A stretch of DNA of 26,645 bases from a virus. Taxonomy: Duplodnaviria; Caudoviricetes. The first letter of the stretch is position 1. Every line of letters starts with the position of its first letter. The translations under genes and the position numbers were made by a program. The stretch covers positions 1 to 26,645 of IMG/VR virus record IMGVR_UViG_3300033512_000234. One strand, given 5' to 3'. Shown piece after piece: positions 26,464 through 26,645 of the stretch. Below the pieces are notes generated by a model. The model saw nothing but the letters and a program-made list of their open reading frames with translations, was not told the origin of the DNA and did not search any database.

Positions 26464-26516
26464 CAACTGCGTGGTGTGCGGGTATTTCCCGTCACCACCA
26501 ACGGAACTGGTTATAT
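26458..26516. repeat. attC-like hairpin element D (59 bp)
   Basis: AAATAAC-AACTG-CGTGGTGTGCGGG-TATTT-CCCGTCACCACCAACG-GAACTG-GTTATAT; begins at the MTase stop codon. Confidence 0.65.
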
Positions 26517-26645
26517 AGTGTCAAAGAGACTAAATATCCGCAGGTTGCTCCGTAAACATCGATCCGATTGTATGCAGAGGCTTGACGGTATATCGATGTA
26601 TGAAGAACCGCCATACAGCCATGATATGAAGCAAATCATTAAGGC

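Noticed and set aside
25318-26516. Elements U and D as plain intrinsic terminators or IS ends
   Set aside because: No U-tracts, bulged stems, direct rather than inverted orientation, no transposase or target duplication
1-26645. Stop-codon reassignment, tRNA genes, or a firm host assignment
   Set aside because: TAA, TAG and TGA all end genes at normal junctions; no cloverleaf noticed; the sequence alone does not identify the host
26517-26645. Start of a further cassette gene
   Set aside because: Too short and truncated by the window edge to support a CDS call

Overview
A 26.6-kb segment of a tailed dsDNA bacteriophage or prophage with a contractile tail; every gene I accept is on the + strand. 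Bases 1-17343 are the late module: neck genes, DUF3383-type sheath, DUF3277-type tube, a tail chaperone with a -1 frameshift, tape measure, baseplate, an inserted four-ORF module, a short collar-type fibre, GH108 endolysin and a permuted papain-like amidase. Bases 17344-17706 are a control region with a terminator, 7-8 tandem 11-bp repeats (candidate origin), an AT-rich tract and a promoter. Bases 17707-25136 are early/replication genes: SSAP-like protein, two HTH proteins, DUF4373-like initiator, DnaC/IstB-like ATPase, YqaJ exonuclease, HNH and small ORFs, driven by three sigma70-like promoters that share one 22-bp palindrome. The right end is compositionally foreign: a C5 DNA methyltransferase bracketed by related 53- and 59-bp TAAC...GTTA hairpins resembling integron attC sites, with a degenerate third copy upstream, suggesting a phage-borne gene-cassette array. 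Terminase, portal, major capsid and any integrase lie outside the window. Family assignments come from motif recognition and synteny, not database searches.
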